This document shows, one piece after another, positions 53,611 through 63,493 of a stretch of DNA of 64,000 bases (position 1 is the stretch's first letter; each line of letters starts with the position of its first letter). The stretch comes from an uncultured Thermococci archaeon. GTDB taxonomy: Archaea > Methanobacteriota_B > Thermococci > Methanofastidiosales > B48-G16. Position numbers and translations under genes: made by a program. The stretch spans positions 128,001-192,000 of the forward strand of contig CAZQQT010000003.1 in NCBI GenBank assembly GCA_964595645.1. The letters run 5' to 3'. The notes under the pieces are model-generated. The model was given only the letters and a program-made list of their open reading frames with translations. It made no database searches and was not told where the DNA came from.

Positions 53611-54258
53611 CTAATGCAACATCCGGTATATCATTTTTGCCCTTTTTTCTCCGATACCCTCCACTTCTTGCAACTCCTTTTTCGAGGCAGTGGCAATAGA
53701 AGCGATAGACTCGAAGTGGGCAAAAAGATTTTTCGCTAAGGTATTCCCGATATATGGCAATGACGCCAGAATGTATATTTTTTTATCTTTTTCAGGGAGA
53801 TCGCCCCGTAACCGTTTTCGATACCACCGTTCCTGCGGTATCTTTTCATTGGACTCTTTCCGTTCTCGTTGGACAAGCACCCTAAAAAACTCTTTAAATT
53901 CACTGTCATTTTTCACGGTCACAATAGGAATTTCATAGACAAACAGGATCTCCATAAACGCACCAAAAATCTGTGCCCGTTCGATGAATGGATCGAACTC
54001 TCCATGGATCACGAGCATTCGTCGAGTTATTTTGTACAGACCGACTGTATCATTTTTTATCATTTTCAAAAGCTGTTCCCATAATCGGTTGCTTCGTATT
54101 GAGGAAACAAAATCTGAAGGAGATTTTCTCTCTATCAGTACCCCCTTATTCCCCTTGAGAACGAGTATATCACCCACAGAGAGCTGGGCCATCTCCGGAT
54201 CGTACTCCAGTAGAAGATCCACAATACATGACTCTCTGTTGTCGAGTACAATATCCAT
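53611..54258 (-). CDS. short ERCC4/XPF-type endonuclease with HhH
   Basis: D.RE, GD, IERK..DF..SI, LP.IG..LA, VEGIG. Confidence 0.88.
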   Translation of the reverse strand: MDIVLDNRESCIVDLLLEYDPEMAQLSVGDILVLKGNKGVLIERKSPSDFVSSIRSNRLWEQLLKMIKNDTVGLYKITRRMLVIHGEFDPFIERAQIFGAFMEILFVYEIPIVTVKNDSEFKEFFRVLVQRERKESNEKIPQERWYRKRLRGDLPEKDKKIYILASLPYIGNTLAKNLFAHFESIASIATASKKELQEVEGIGEKRAKMIYRMLH

Positions 54259-54307
54259 GGAGAATATATCTCCAGTATATTTTTAAATTCTTGGGAGCAT
54301 ACAGACC

Positions 54308-54727
54308 ATGGACAAAATTACCGTGAAAAGGCTGAAATCCGACGAGGAACGTAAAAAAATATACGATGATATTGCATTTCTCATCTATAATGAAAAAAAT
54401 GAAGAAAAAATAAAGGAACTTTCCAATTATTTCTATGAAAAGTCTGCTATATACTCTGACAAGGAGTATTCATACTATTCCTTTGGTTTTTACATTTTAT
54501 TAAACAGTTTTTTTGTTGAGAAAGAGGAATATAGTCCATTAAAGGCTTTAAAGTACGCAAAAGAGAACAAAGAGGAGAAAATGATAGACTCTCTTTCCCA
54601 ATTTGCGCGGTACGCTGTACGGGTGCGGAATGTCCAACACTACTCCATTGAACCAGAAAGCTCCCTCGAGACATTGTGGTTGTACAGTCTCACGGTAATA
54701 AAACATGTGGTAGAGTCGTACAAGTGA
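54308..54727 (+). CDS. hypothetical protein
   Basis: ORF in an operon with the downstream kinase-like gene. Confidence 0.65.
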   Translation: MDKITVKRLKSDEERKKIYDDIAFLIYNEKNEEKIKELSNYFYEKSAIYSDKEYSYYSFGFYILLNSFFVEKEEYSPLKALKYAKENKEEKMIDSLSQFARYAVRVRNVQHYSIEPESSLETLWLYSLTVIKHVVESYK

Positions 54728-54731
54728 TACC

Positions 54732-55796
54732 ATGGTCTGTGAGTACCGGTATGGGCCAGAGGCAATGGAATACCTCAAAAAGATGCCAGATATTTCCTAT
54801 TCTGAATGGCGAAATTTTGTGAGAGAAAAATTCAGAAAAAAGAATGGAGAAGAACTGGCACATGCTGGGAAAGTGGCATACTATGCGTGGAGAAATCTTG
54901 GTAGGGATCTAACACTTTCGCTCGAAGAAAAAAATGATGTATCTTTTGAATTCGAAGCGCCTCAGTTTGAGGATCTTGAACAAATCGATGAAACATCCGC
55001 GGAAGAGGCGAAAAAGATAGGGGAAGAGGTCTATGGTAAGGCACCCAAGGAGGTCATGCAGTTTAACACGTCAAGAAAACCCTTTTTAATGGTATTTGAG
55101 GAAGATTATCACGCCCCTCGAATGGTAATAGTAAAAAAAAGTGGATTGTTTTCCCGAGAGGAAATGCTAGCATCGAAGATTTATCGCTATCTCGGTGCAA
55201 GGGTGTTTGATATTACCAAGGAGAATGGGAGACTTTTTATTGAATGGCTGGACGGGGTGGACTGTCATGCAATGGAACGCATATCAACAGAGAAAGTAGC
55301 CTTTAATTTCGTGTACTACCTTGGAAAAGCTGCTGCAGACGCCCACTGCATTGGTCTGGGAGATAGATTCCACAATGAACGTGCGAATCTCTCAATTTTG
55401 AAGAGTGAAATCGTGGAAGAGTTCAGGGATGACGTGTTTAACCCCATATACAACATAGATTATGAGTTTGCCTTTCTGAGAGAGCGGTTGAGGAGAACAC
55501 CGGAGGAAGATCTCATTACTGTCTGGATGACATTCAAAAAAATAGGGCTTGAAAACATTGCTGATGAGATAACCGAGTCCCAACTGGAGCATCTCATTGC
55601 AAAGTATATAGAAGGGTTCCACAAACGATATCGGGAAATACAGGAAAGTTATCAGATAAACAAGGGGAAAGTAGATGAACTTCTCAGGACATATGATGAA
55701 GAGGTACTCCATCTCTGTAAAACACGGTTTGAAACAAACGTGGACGAACTTGTTGAAAGATTAGAGGAGATACTCGCCTCCACATTTTTTGATTAG
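54732..55796 (+). CDS. atypical HipA/PI3-PI4K-fold kinase-like protein
   Basis: VIVKK..EEMLASKIY..LG, IEWLDG, D..IGLGDR.HN, IDYE.AF. Confidence 0.6.
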   Translation: MVCEYRYGPEAMEYLKKMPDISYSEWRNFVREKFRKKNGEELAHAGKVAYYAWRNLGRDLTLSLEEKNDVSFEFEAPQFEDLEQIDETSAEEAKKIGEEVYGKAPKEVMQFNTSRKPFLMVFEEDYHAPRMVIVKKSGLFSREEMLASKIYRYLGARVFDITKENGRLFIEWLDGVDCHAMERISTEKVAFNFVYYLGKAAADAHCIGLGDRFHNERANLSILKSEIVEEFRDDVFNPIYNIDYEFAFLRERLRRTPEEDLITVWMTFKKIGLENIADEITESQLEHLIAKYIEGFHKRYREIQESYQINKGKVDELLRTYDEEVLHLCKTRFETNVDELVERLEEILASTFFD

Positions 55797-55830
55797 AAAG
55801 ATATATAAGATTCAATTATACGATGTATAT

Positions 55831-56844
55831 ATGAATCTCTCGGATAAAGACAAGGCGATAGTTGCATTAATAGCTATGGTACTAATCACCCTTCTTGTAA
55901 GTTACTCTGCAAGCTTCCATATTTTGAGGCTCAAAACAGAAAAAAGCAACTATATAATAATTACGCGTAATATCGATAGTAGTGGAGAGTTGAAAGAGCT
56001 CTTAACAGAAAAAGATAGTACAATTAGTAATTTAGAGCACGAGGTAGAAAAACTGAACAGTGAAAAAAACAACTTAATGTCAAAGGTTGAAGAAAAAAAT
56101 GAGACGATTGAAGAAAAAGAACAAGAAATTGACGAAATGAAAAAAAATGTTGAAGAACTTCATAAGGAAAATGAGCTCTATACCGCATCAGCGAAAAGGT
56201 TGTCGAATGTACTGCGGAGATACAACTATAAACTAAAAGAGACTATTGAGGAATATCAAAAAGATCCGAGAAAGTTTATAAAAGAATCTAAGGAACTCGA
56301 AACCATGGTTGAAGATATAGAAAAAGAGAATTTTTTGGAAGATCTATATGAATATATCGTAACCAATTTCTATTACTACTACGATCCTTTTACCGTCACA
56401 TCCGAAGGTGTGCAGGAGTGGAACTTCTTTTTAGCGTATGATCTAAAGGAGAAAATATGGATAAAAGTGCCCCTTGACAGGGAAGAACTTCTCCTGAGCT
56501 CTCTTCCCGAAACAATATTCTATCCCAAAGAAACAATAGAGTTGGGAGGTGGAGATTGTGAGGATCTCACAATTCTCTATGCTGCTGCGTGTATTTCTCA
56601 GGGATATGATGCAAAAATCTATGTCATTGATATCACCTCGAAGAACTCACTACTTCAGCCCATTTCTCACACCCTTGTTATTGTCGATAACACACTTGTA
56701 GACATTACCATGGATCAATATATCACAGGAAAAAATCTATTTCAACAGTATGGAAATTCCATCAATGCAGAAAAAATCACGCTCGCAAAAATATACGATA
56801 ATAAAACTATAGAAGACAAAAATACAGTCGTTTATTCTACGTAA
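55831..56844 (+). CDS. membrane-anchored coiled-coil + transglutaminase-like Cys-protease protein
   Basis: N-terminal TM, coiled coil, YP.ETI..GGDCED..IL, H, D triad. Confidence 0.75.
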   Translation: MNLSDKDKAIVALIAMVLITLLVSYSASFHILRLKTEKSNYIIITRNIDSSGELKELLTEKDSTISNLEHEVEKLNSEKNNLMSKVEEKNETIEEKEQEIDEMKKNVEELHKENELYTASAKRLSNVLRRYNYKLKETIEEYQKDPRKFIKESKELETMVEDIEKENFLEDLYEYIVTNFYYYYDPFTVTSEGVQEWNFFLAYDLKEKIWIKVPLDREELLLSSLPETIFYPKETIELGGGDCEDLTILYAAACISQGYDAKIYVIDITSKNSLLQPISHTLVIVDNTLVDITMDQYITGKNLFQQYGNSINAEKITLAKIYDNKTIEDKNTVVYST

Positions 56845-58250
56845 ATCGTGAGAAGAAGCGTATCGTGGGCAAAGGGGGCCTCGGCGTTCAGTGTAAGAGT
56901 ATACTCTCCATCTTCAATGGTATCTGAAATTTTCAGTGTGATTGTAAAAGCCTCTACGGATAATCGCTCTATATCTGTACTTTTTGGCGATACATCTATG
57001 CTCATGCCCTCCGGTGTTTCTATTGTGAGGATGACATCATGCGCTGTTAATATACCTGTGTTCGACACGCCTATTTCCAAGGTATGGGTACCCTCTTCGA
57101 GGGAAAGTGTTCCTATTCTCTTTCCATCTTGTACAGCATAGGTTCCTCCAGAAGCAACGTGTGCAATGGTAATATCGAAGATCCGCTCTATAGGGGGATA
57201 TACAGTCGACACTTCCTCCTCTCGGAGATGTGGAGGCGGTGTTTCAGTCCAGGGATAGAAATGTACATTTACAGAAATCCTATCTCCCGCCCCATCAGCT
57301 TTCATGCCTGTTATCGGATCAGTGACACCGCCGCTAGGACCATTGGTATCGCCCCACCAGTTGTGAGTCGCATCCACAAAGGCTTGAGAGTGCACGCCGT
57401 AGTCTGCGTTTTCATAAATATAGTTGTGATGAATTTCATTATTTGTATCATCTGTGTTCTGAATGTCTATACCATCATCGGTATTATATTTAATTGTATT
57501 TTCGGTGATGGTGTTATTCTTACTCCCGCCCCAGCTGGTACTAATACCATCAGTGTTATACGAAATCTCGTTACGTGAAACTGTATGATTATTACTACCG
57601 AACATGAAACTTATACCAGTGATCTTACTGTGGTAGATACTATTATCAGAAATAACATAGTTATGACCGCCGTAAATCCACACGCCACCATCGTTGTATG
57701 ACATCGTGTTTCCGATAATAATGTTATTATTGCTCGTACCGGTGCACCATACAGCGGAACCTCCAGGACCATTGTGGGAGATAATATTGTCAGAAATAGT
57801 AATGTTGCTGGCGCTACTGAGATGTATTGGATAACTACTGTGGGTGATAATATTATCAGAGATCGTGCAGTCTTCGTTGTTTCTCAGTTGCACAGCTTTA
57901 CTCTTACAGTTTTGGATAGTGAAGCCTGTAATTGTCACTGAATCTACGGTAACGTAAAATCCCTTTCCATTTCCCGGCTCAAGCACTGTCGTATCTTTAT
58001 CTTTGCCAAGGAGATCAATTGACTTATTAATCAAAACATTTTCGGCGTATGTTCCTGCTGCCACGTGAACAGTGCCGCCGATTGCAACAGCATCGATACC
58101 TTCTTGGATCGTATTGAAGTGATCGTGTCCATTATCTGGACCATCGTCATCCACCCATACTTCCAAAGGTTGTGCCTGGGATGGAACTACTACCATCATC
58201 AAAGAAATTAAAACTACAATTACCACAAATTTTTTTGCGATGTTTTTCAT
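56832..58250 (-). CDS. secreted beta-helix (NosD-like) protein with C-terminal Ig-like/NEW3 domain
   Basis: Signal peptide, VWVDD..TIQEGID..GTY.ENV, beta-helix repeats, NWWG. Confidence 0.82.
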   Translation of the reverse strand: MKNIAKKFVVIVVLISLMMVVVPSQAQPLEVWVDDDGPDNGHDHFNTIQEGIDAVAIGGTVHVAAGTYAENVLINKSIDLLGKDKDTTVLEPGNGKGFYVTVDSVTITGFTIQNCKSKAVQLRNNEDCTISDNIITHSSYPIHLSSASNITISDNIISHNGPGGSAVWCTGTSNNNIIIGNTMSYNDGGVWIYGGHNYVISDNSIYHSKITGISFMFGSNNHTVSRNEISYNTDGISTSWGGSKNNTITENTIKYNTDDGIDIQNTDDTNNEIHHNYIYENADYGVHSQAFVDATHNWWGDTNGPSGGVTDPITGMKADGAGDRISVNVHFYPWTETPPPHLREEEVSTVYPPIERIFDITIAHVASGGTYAVQDGKRIGTLSLEEGTHTLEIGVSNTGILTAHDVILTIETPEGMSIDVSPKSTDIERLSVEAFTITLKISDTIEDGEYTLTLNAEAPFAHDTLLLTIYVE

Positions 58251-58451
58251 TGTTTCCTCTCTCTCCTATAAAGGAATACGTCAAATATGTTTAAAAAGCT
58301 TTTTATTTTCGTTAAAATGGTCTAAGATAATTTAAGTTATAAAAAAATGCAATATGCTATAAAAATTGCGATATGTTTTTATGTATCAATTCGTTATATT
58401 TCCAAAACAGTACAGATGGAACGAGATAATATCAGGATAATATGTGATACC

Positions 58452-58883
58452 ATGAAAGTTGTTGTTGCAGGTACATTCGATATCCTCCATCCAGGCCATA
58501 TCTATTTCCTAAAAGAAGCGAGTAGTCATGGAGACCTACATGTAATAATAGCAAGAGACGAAAATGTAAAGAAAATCAAAGGAAAAAAACCTATATTCAA
58601 TGAAAATGAAAGAAAACTGATCATTGAGAGTATAAAATTTGTGAAAAAAGCATATTTAGGAGATAAAAAGGATTTTTTTAAAGTTATAGAAAAAATAGAA
58701 CCTGACATTATTTTTTTAGGTCCCGATCAAGATAAAGAGTGGGTAGAACTTGAACTCCAAAAAAGATCGCTGGAGGGTACGGTTATGCAATTAGAATATC
58801 GAGAGAACTACAGCTCCTCCGGAACACTCGAAGTAGTACGAAGACGCTACGAGAGAGCAAATAAGGAGGGGGAAGGAGGCTGA
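58452..58883 (+). CDS. ribL: FAD synthase (cytidylyltransferase family)
   Basis: GTFDILHPGH, ARD, KGKKP, PDII.LGPDQ, SSS. Confidence 0.85.
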   Translation: MKVVVAGTFDILHPGHIYFLKEASSHGDLHVIIARDENVKKIKGKKPIFNENERKLIIESIKFVKKAYLGDKKDFFKVIEKIEPDIIFLGPDQDKEWVELELQKRSLEGTVMQLEYRENYSSSGTLEVVRRRYERANKEGEGG

Positions 58884-58898
58884 GGAACCCCTCCTTAA

Positions 58899-60008
58899 TT
58901 AGATTGAATCTAATCCAAAACTGGGCCAATAGGCTGCTTTCTTCCTTCTCTTTCGACTGAACTGCTTGAAAGAAAGTTCTTTATTAACAGGTCCGTCGTT
59001 ATTTTTTTTACCACTGATCCATGGCGATTCCACACCGGTCATAATAATCATGACTCTCATGGATTCTTTCAGATTTTCATCGACTCTTGCACCCCAGAGC
59101 ACCTGTCCATCTTCTTCATCCACCATCTTCTTCACTAACTCTCCGACTTGGTTCGCTTCACACAACTTCATATTGGAACCACCGGAACAGTGGACTAGGG
59201 CTCCTTTAGCCTCGGAGTAGTCAACATCCAGTAGTTTGTTTCTTAGTGCTTCACCAACCGCTTCTTCTGCTCTATTTGTGGAATTGGACTCGCCTACACC
59301 TATCATAGCCACACCGCCATCTTCCATTACAGCACGTACGTCCGCAAAATCGAGATTCACAAGACTCGGTTGTGTGATTGTCTCCGAGAGCCCCTTGACC
59401 ATCTCTGCGAGTACTTCATCGGCGACACTAAATGCATAACTTACAGGCTGTTCTGGGACCAACGCCATTAATTTATTGTTATCGAGAGCAACAACGGTAT
59501 CACAGTTATCCTGTAACATTCTAAGTCCTGCACGCCCCTTTTTCAGCCTGACATCTCCTTCCATCTCAAAGGGAAGAGTCACCACGCCGACAGTAAGAAT
59601 CCCCATCTCTTTTGCAATTTGTGCGATAAGAGGAGACGCACCAGTACCTGTACCGCCCCCCATGCCTGCGGTAAGAAACAGAAGTTGTATATCTTCCAAC
59701 AACTCTTTTATTTTGCGTTTGTCTTCCTGTGCAGCTCGTAATCCCACATCGGGATCACCACCAGCGCCAAGCCCCTCAGTAAGATCCCTGCCAAGGAGCA
59801 TTTTTCTATCTGCGTCGATGGTGTCTAGGTGTTGTCTATCCGTGTTCATAGCAATTGTTTCTGCTCCGAGAACACCCATCGTGTGTAGTCGGTTAACTGT
59901 ATTGTTTCCTGCGCCACCTACGCCTATTACGGCAATTCGAGCTCTCCCAAAATCTTCCTCTTCGGTATAGTTAACATGTTGTCCTGCATTCTCCAAAATA
60001 CTCTTCAT
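58899..60008 (-). CDS. ftsZ: cell division protein FtsZ (FtsZ2 context)
   Basis: GVGGAGNN, GAGG.P, GMGGGTGTG, NLDFAD. Confidence 0.97.
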   Translation of the reverse strand: MKSILENAGQHVNYTEEEDFGRARIAVIGVGGAGNNTVNRLHTMGVLGAETIAMNTDRQHLDTIDADRKMLLGRDLTEGLGAGGDPDVGLRAAQEDKRKIKELLEDIQLLFLTAGMGGGTGTGASPLIAQIAKEMGILTVGVVTLPFEMEGDVRLKKGRAGLRMLQDNCDTVVALDNNKLMALVPEQPVSYAFSVADEVLAEMVKGLSETITQPSLVNLDFADVRAVMEDGGVAMIGVGESNSTNRAEEAVGEALRNKLLDVDYSEAKGALVHCSGGSNMKLCEANQVGELVKKMVDEEDGQVLWGARVDENLKESMRVMIIMTGVESPWISGKKNNDGPVNKELSFKQFSRKRRKKAAYWPSFGLDSI

Positions 60009-60018
60009 TGTCTCACCT

Positions 60019-60228
60019 TCATTCTTCTTCCTCTCCCTCCTCTCTCTGGGAGGATCGTAATACTGATCTTCTCTTCTCTATCTCCTGAAAACCCCCTACT
60101 TCTTCGACAATCATATCGCGTACTGCTACCCTGATAGCTTCGCTCCTGTTCGCGTAATATCCAGAGTTCACCATCATGTCTATCCCTTCCAGATAGAGTT
60201 CGGGAATTTGTACTGAAATCAGTTTCAT
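60019..60228 (-). CDS. cdrS: RHH regulator, CdrS-like
   Basis: ISVQIP..YLE.ID.MV..GYY.NRSEAIR.AVR; directly upstream of ftsZ. Confidence 0.85.
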   Translation of the reverse strand: MKLISVQIPELYLEGIDMMVNSGYYANRSEAIRVAVRDMIVEEVGGFQEIEKRRSVLRSSQREEGEEEE

Positions 60229-60246
60229 GATTCTTCACTTCGGGAA

Positions 60247-60297
60247 ATAATATCCTCATATGCATCTAGATATTATCTGCATAATATCCTTTAAATA
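60247..60297 (-). promoter_or_regulatory. cdrS-ftsZ promoter with three ATAATATC boxes
   Basis: Perfect palindrome GATATTAT-N4-ATAATATC (60269-60288), a third copy at 60247, TATA-like TATTTAAA at 60290-60297. Confidence 0.55.
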
Positions 60298-60394
60298 CCT
60301 TTCGGTTATACTGCTTTGTAAAAGTGGAGGATGTTGATTATCAACACTAATAACCTACCGTGCAACATAAAAAGTTTTCTATTGATGGAAGAAT

Positions 60395-60778
60395 ATGAAG
60401 ATCTTTGTGGTAGAAATTACTATGACAAAAGAGGAAATACTCGCGTCTTATGATGGATACATTTTCGATCCTGAATATATAGTGGACGAGGAACAAGTAA
60501 TGTTTGCATACTATCTCATGAAAAAAGCTTTCGAAAGAGGAAAAAACATTGCTGACGATCCCAAAATAGAGTTTCTCGTGAGACTCTCAGGGAGGAATCA
60601 GATATCAGAGGCAATGGAACTCGGACTTAAAGACAAGATGAAGAAAATAGGTGTTTTAATGCCCAAGGCCCAGGGTATCACGGCCATAAACGGGAAAGAA
60701 GAGAAAATAAAAAAATTCTTTGGTACCACTGACAAGAGAGAGATATTTGAGAAAATGGCTATGGTAGAGATACTCTAG
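60395..60778 (+). CDS. cgi121: KEOPS subunit Cgi121
   Basis: KAFERGKNIA..IEFL..LSG.NQISEA..LG, EKMA. Confidence 0.88.
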   Translation: MKIFVVEITMTKEEILASYDGYIFDPEYIVDEEQVMFAYYLMKKAFERGKNIADDPKIEFLVRLSGRNQISEAMELGLKDKMKKIGVLMPKAQGITAINGKEEKIKKFFGTTDKREIFEKMAMVEIL

Positions 60779-61751
60779 CAAACTGCTCGTATATATCAGC
60801 AGCTCTCTCCACATCCTTTATCTTTATATACTCATCAATCTGGTGCGCAAATGATGGATCTCCCGGACCTAAAATGACCGTGGGCATATATTTGCTAAAT
60901 TTCACTGCTTCTGTAGCAAAATAACTTATTGTTGTTTCTCCTACGATCTCTAAAAACTCCTTAGGGGGAGTTAACACCAATGGTTCTATCTGAAGCATTG
61001 TTTTTTCTTCATCTGCGTCGAAAGAGAACAAGCTACGTACATCTTCCACAGTATACCTTGGAGGATATCGGATATCTATTTTTAAATCCACAGCGTCAGG
61101 AACAACATTCGCTTTTTCACCGCCCTGTATCTTGCCCAAGTTAACTGTAATACCATCTCGATCATTTTCAAAAGATTTAAGTGCTTCTATCGTGTTTAAT
61201 GATTTATATATGGCATTTTCCCCCTCCCAAACTCGTGCAGAATGACATGAATGTCCATAATACCTCAGTAATATCCGGAGTATACCCTTCTCCTGGGTGC
61301 TTAGTTTAAGATCGGTGGGCTCACAAACCACACAGTGGGACCCTTTCATGATTTGGCTTAGCTTTTCGGCCCCCTCCATCGTCGTTTCCTCATCAGTGGT
61401 CAGCACTACTGAGAAGGAGGTATCCATCTCTAACAGTCTCTCAGCTGCTGCAAGAGCCGCTACTACTCCCCCTTTCATATCACATGCCCCTCTCCCAAAG
61501 ACCTTTCCGTTTTTTATCTCTCCCTGGGCAGCACTCCATTTTTTACCGATCGGCACAGTATCTATGTGTCCAGAAAAAACAAGTCCATCCTTTCCATTGC
61601 TGGCTACTATGGAGGGACTTTTAGAGCCATAGATGTCATACTCCATTCCCATCTCCTGAAACACAGTCTCCATATACGATACGATCGCTGTTTTATCCTG
61701 TCCTGCGGAGTTTATTTTTACCATCTCTACCAGTGTTTTTTCTACATCCAT
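60759..61751 (-). CDS. M20/ArgE/DapE-family metallopeptidase
   Basis: GHIDTV, GRGACDMKGG, DEE, CEPT, GPG..AH..DE. Confidence 0.9.
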   Translation of the reverse strand: MDVEKTLVEMVKINSAGQDKTAIVSYMETVFQEMGMEYDIYGSKSPSIVASNGKDGLVFSGHIDTVPIGKKWSAAQGEIKNGKVFGRGACDMKGGVVAALAAAERLLEMDTSFSVVLTTDEETTMEGAEKLSQIMKGSHCVVCEPTDLKLSTQEKGILRILLRYYGHSCHSARVWEGENAIYKSLNTIEALKSFENDRDGITVNLGKIQGGEKANVVPDAVDLKIDIRYPPRYTVEDVRSLFSFDADEEKTMLQIEPLVLTPPKEFLEIVGETTISYFATEAVKFSKYMPTVILGPGDPSFAHQIDEYIKIKDVERAADIYEQFARVSLP

Positions 61752-61843
61752 GCCAAAAAAATGATGGATGAGTATATATAGGCTTGGAAGAATACGGCTC
61801 TAGAAAGATAAAGTTTTATAATGTTAATACCATAATACATTGT

Positions 61844-62449
61844 ATGTCAAAGATGCATTTCTATCTCAGAGAACGTGCTGATGAAATCAAAGAGAAAGTT
61901 GAAACAGAGCTAAAGTACAGGAAAACTCTGAGCAAACGTCAAAAAATAATGCTGACATGCGGGGTATTATTTCTATACTGGATCATTCTCTCTTCAAGTT
62001 TTGAAATACCCTCGCTCTTAATAGGACTGATCCTTTCCCTCGGTGTCTCACTCTTCACCTACGAACTTTTCACAAAAGATATACGAGGCAAGGGAAATTT
62101 AGTAGAAAGAATATTAATGTTCTTGTTGATCTACGTTCCGGAACTGATTTTTATCTATGTATTCCGGCTTATTGAAGCGAATGCTAATGTGGCAAGGCAT
62201 GTATTACTCATGGATATAAGACCAGGAATAGTGAAAATCAAGACAGATCTTCGATCGGACATGGGGATTACCGCACTGGCAAATCTTATCACGCTCACTC
62301 CTGGGACACTTACAGTAGATGTAAAGGAAACCCTTGAGGGAAATACGTTGTATGTACACTGGATAGATGTTAAAACATTTAGCTCAAAAAGAGCAGGAGA
62401 TATAATAAAAGGAGGTTTGGATAAATGGTTGGAGAAGATATTCTGGTAG
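61844..62449 (+). CDS. mnhE: Mrp/Mnh Na+/H+ antiporter subunit E
   Basis: PGIVK..T, LAN.ITLTPGTL, YVHWI. Confidence 0.9.
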   Translation: MSKMHFYLRERADEIKEKVETELKYRKTLSKRQKIMLTCGVLFLYWIILSSSFEIPSLLIGLILSLGVSLFTYELFTKDIRGKGNLVERILMFLLIYVPELIFIYVFRLIEANANVARHVLLMDIRPGIVKIKTDLRSDMGITALANLITLTPGTLTVDVKETLEGNTLYVHWIDVKTFSSKRAGDIIKGGLDKWLEKIFW

Positions 62450-62700
62450 ATCCCCTGACAATTGTAGTCATTGTTCTCATTGCTACCTCTCTACTCTGCA
62501 TGGTGAGAGTTCTCTGTGGCCCAACGGCAATTGATAGAATGATAGGATTCAATACTATAGGAACAAAAATGATCGTTCTTTTTGTCCTGCTTTCAGTACT
62601 CTATGAAAAAACGATCTTTTTGGATCTCGCGATAGCGTATTCACTGATCAATTTCTTAGGCCCATTGATTCTTACAAAATCAATACTACTGGAGGCATAA
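62425..62700 (+). CDS. mnhF: Mrp/Mnh subunit F
   Basis: GPT..DR, D.A..Y..I.F. Confidence 0.88.
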   Translation: MVGEDILVDPLTIVVIVLIATSLLCMVRVLCGPTAIDRMIGFNTIGTKMIVLFVLLSVLYEKTIFLDLAIAYSLINFLGPLILTKSILLEA

Positions 62701-62701
62701 C

Positions 62702-63019
62702 ATGCTTGAACTTCTACTATTCCTCATCGGATGCGCAGTAATGACCTTTGGAGCCATTGGAGTAGTACGGTTTCCTGATGTCTACACACGACTCCATGCA
62801 TCGACAAAATGCGATACAGGAGGCGCTTTATCGATACTTTTGGCACTGACGTTCTATACAGGGTTCACACTAACCACACTCAAGATTCTGACAATTGTTG
62901 TACTGATCTTTCTCCTTAATCCTGTTGTTTCCCATATCTTAGCGAAAACTGCGCATGATCGTGGGATTGAACCTGATGAAATCACGGTGGTGGACATGTA
63001 TGCATGGGATCATTCATGA
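62702..63019 (+). CDS. mnhG: Mrp/Mnh subunit G
   Basis: RFPDVYTRLHA.TK.DT, P..SH. Confidence 0.9.
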   Translation: MLELLLFLIGCAVMTFGAIGVVRFPDVYTRLHASTKCDTGGALSILLALTFYTGFTLTTLKILTIVVLIFLLNPVVSHILAKTAHDRGIEPDEITVVDMYAWDHS

Positions 63020-63248
63020 GATCCTCCTAGTTGTACTCATAGGCGTAGCCATTGGAATACTCGAAAGTAAAGACTTTATTAGGGCAATCATCCTTTATGG
63101 AGTTCTCAGTGCGATTTTTGCCGTCGTACTATTTCAGCTTCAGGCTCCGGATGTCGCACTTTCATCGATAGTGGCGGGAGGAGCGCTCTTCGGGATCTTT
63201 ATTTTTATAATATACAAAACAGAGAGGTATGAACAATGCGAAGAATAG
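63000..63248 (+). CDS. Mrp/Mnh B-related subunit (MbhD/DUF4040-like)
   Basis: L.APDVAL motif. Confidence 0.82.
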   Translation: MHGIIHEILLVVLIGVAIGILESKDFIRAIILYGVLSAIFAVVLFQLQAPDVALSSIVAGGALFGIFIFIIYKTERYEQCEE

Positions 63249-63493
63249 TAGGAATCATCGTTGTGGCAATTTTTGGAGTAATTATACTCTCCACTCTGCA
63301 GGTAGAGTTCGGAAACGACGTTGGTACTGCGGCGGAGATGTATATCGAAGAAGGAGATGCTGAAACGGGGGCAGTGAATTTAGTCACGGCTATCCTTGCA
63401 GACTATCGGGTATATGATACACTTGGAGAGACTGTTGTCCTCTTTACAGCAATCCTCGGAGTTTCTATAATACTAAGAGGTGATACGAAGTGA
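63236..63493 (+). CDS. Mrp/Mnh B-related subunit (MbhE-like)
   Basis: N.VTAIL.DYR.YDTLGE. Confidence 0.85.
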   Translation: MRRIVGIIVVAIFGVIILSTLQVEFGNDVGTAAEMYIEEGDAETGAVNLVTAILADYRVYDTLGETVVLFTAILGVSIILRGDTK

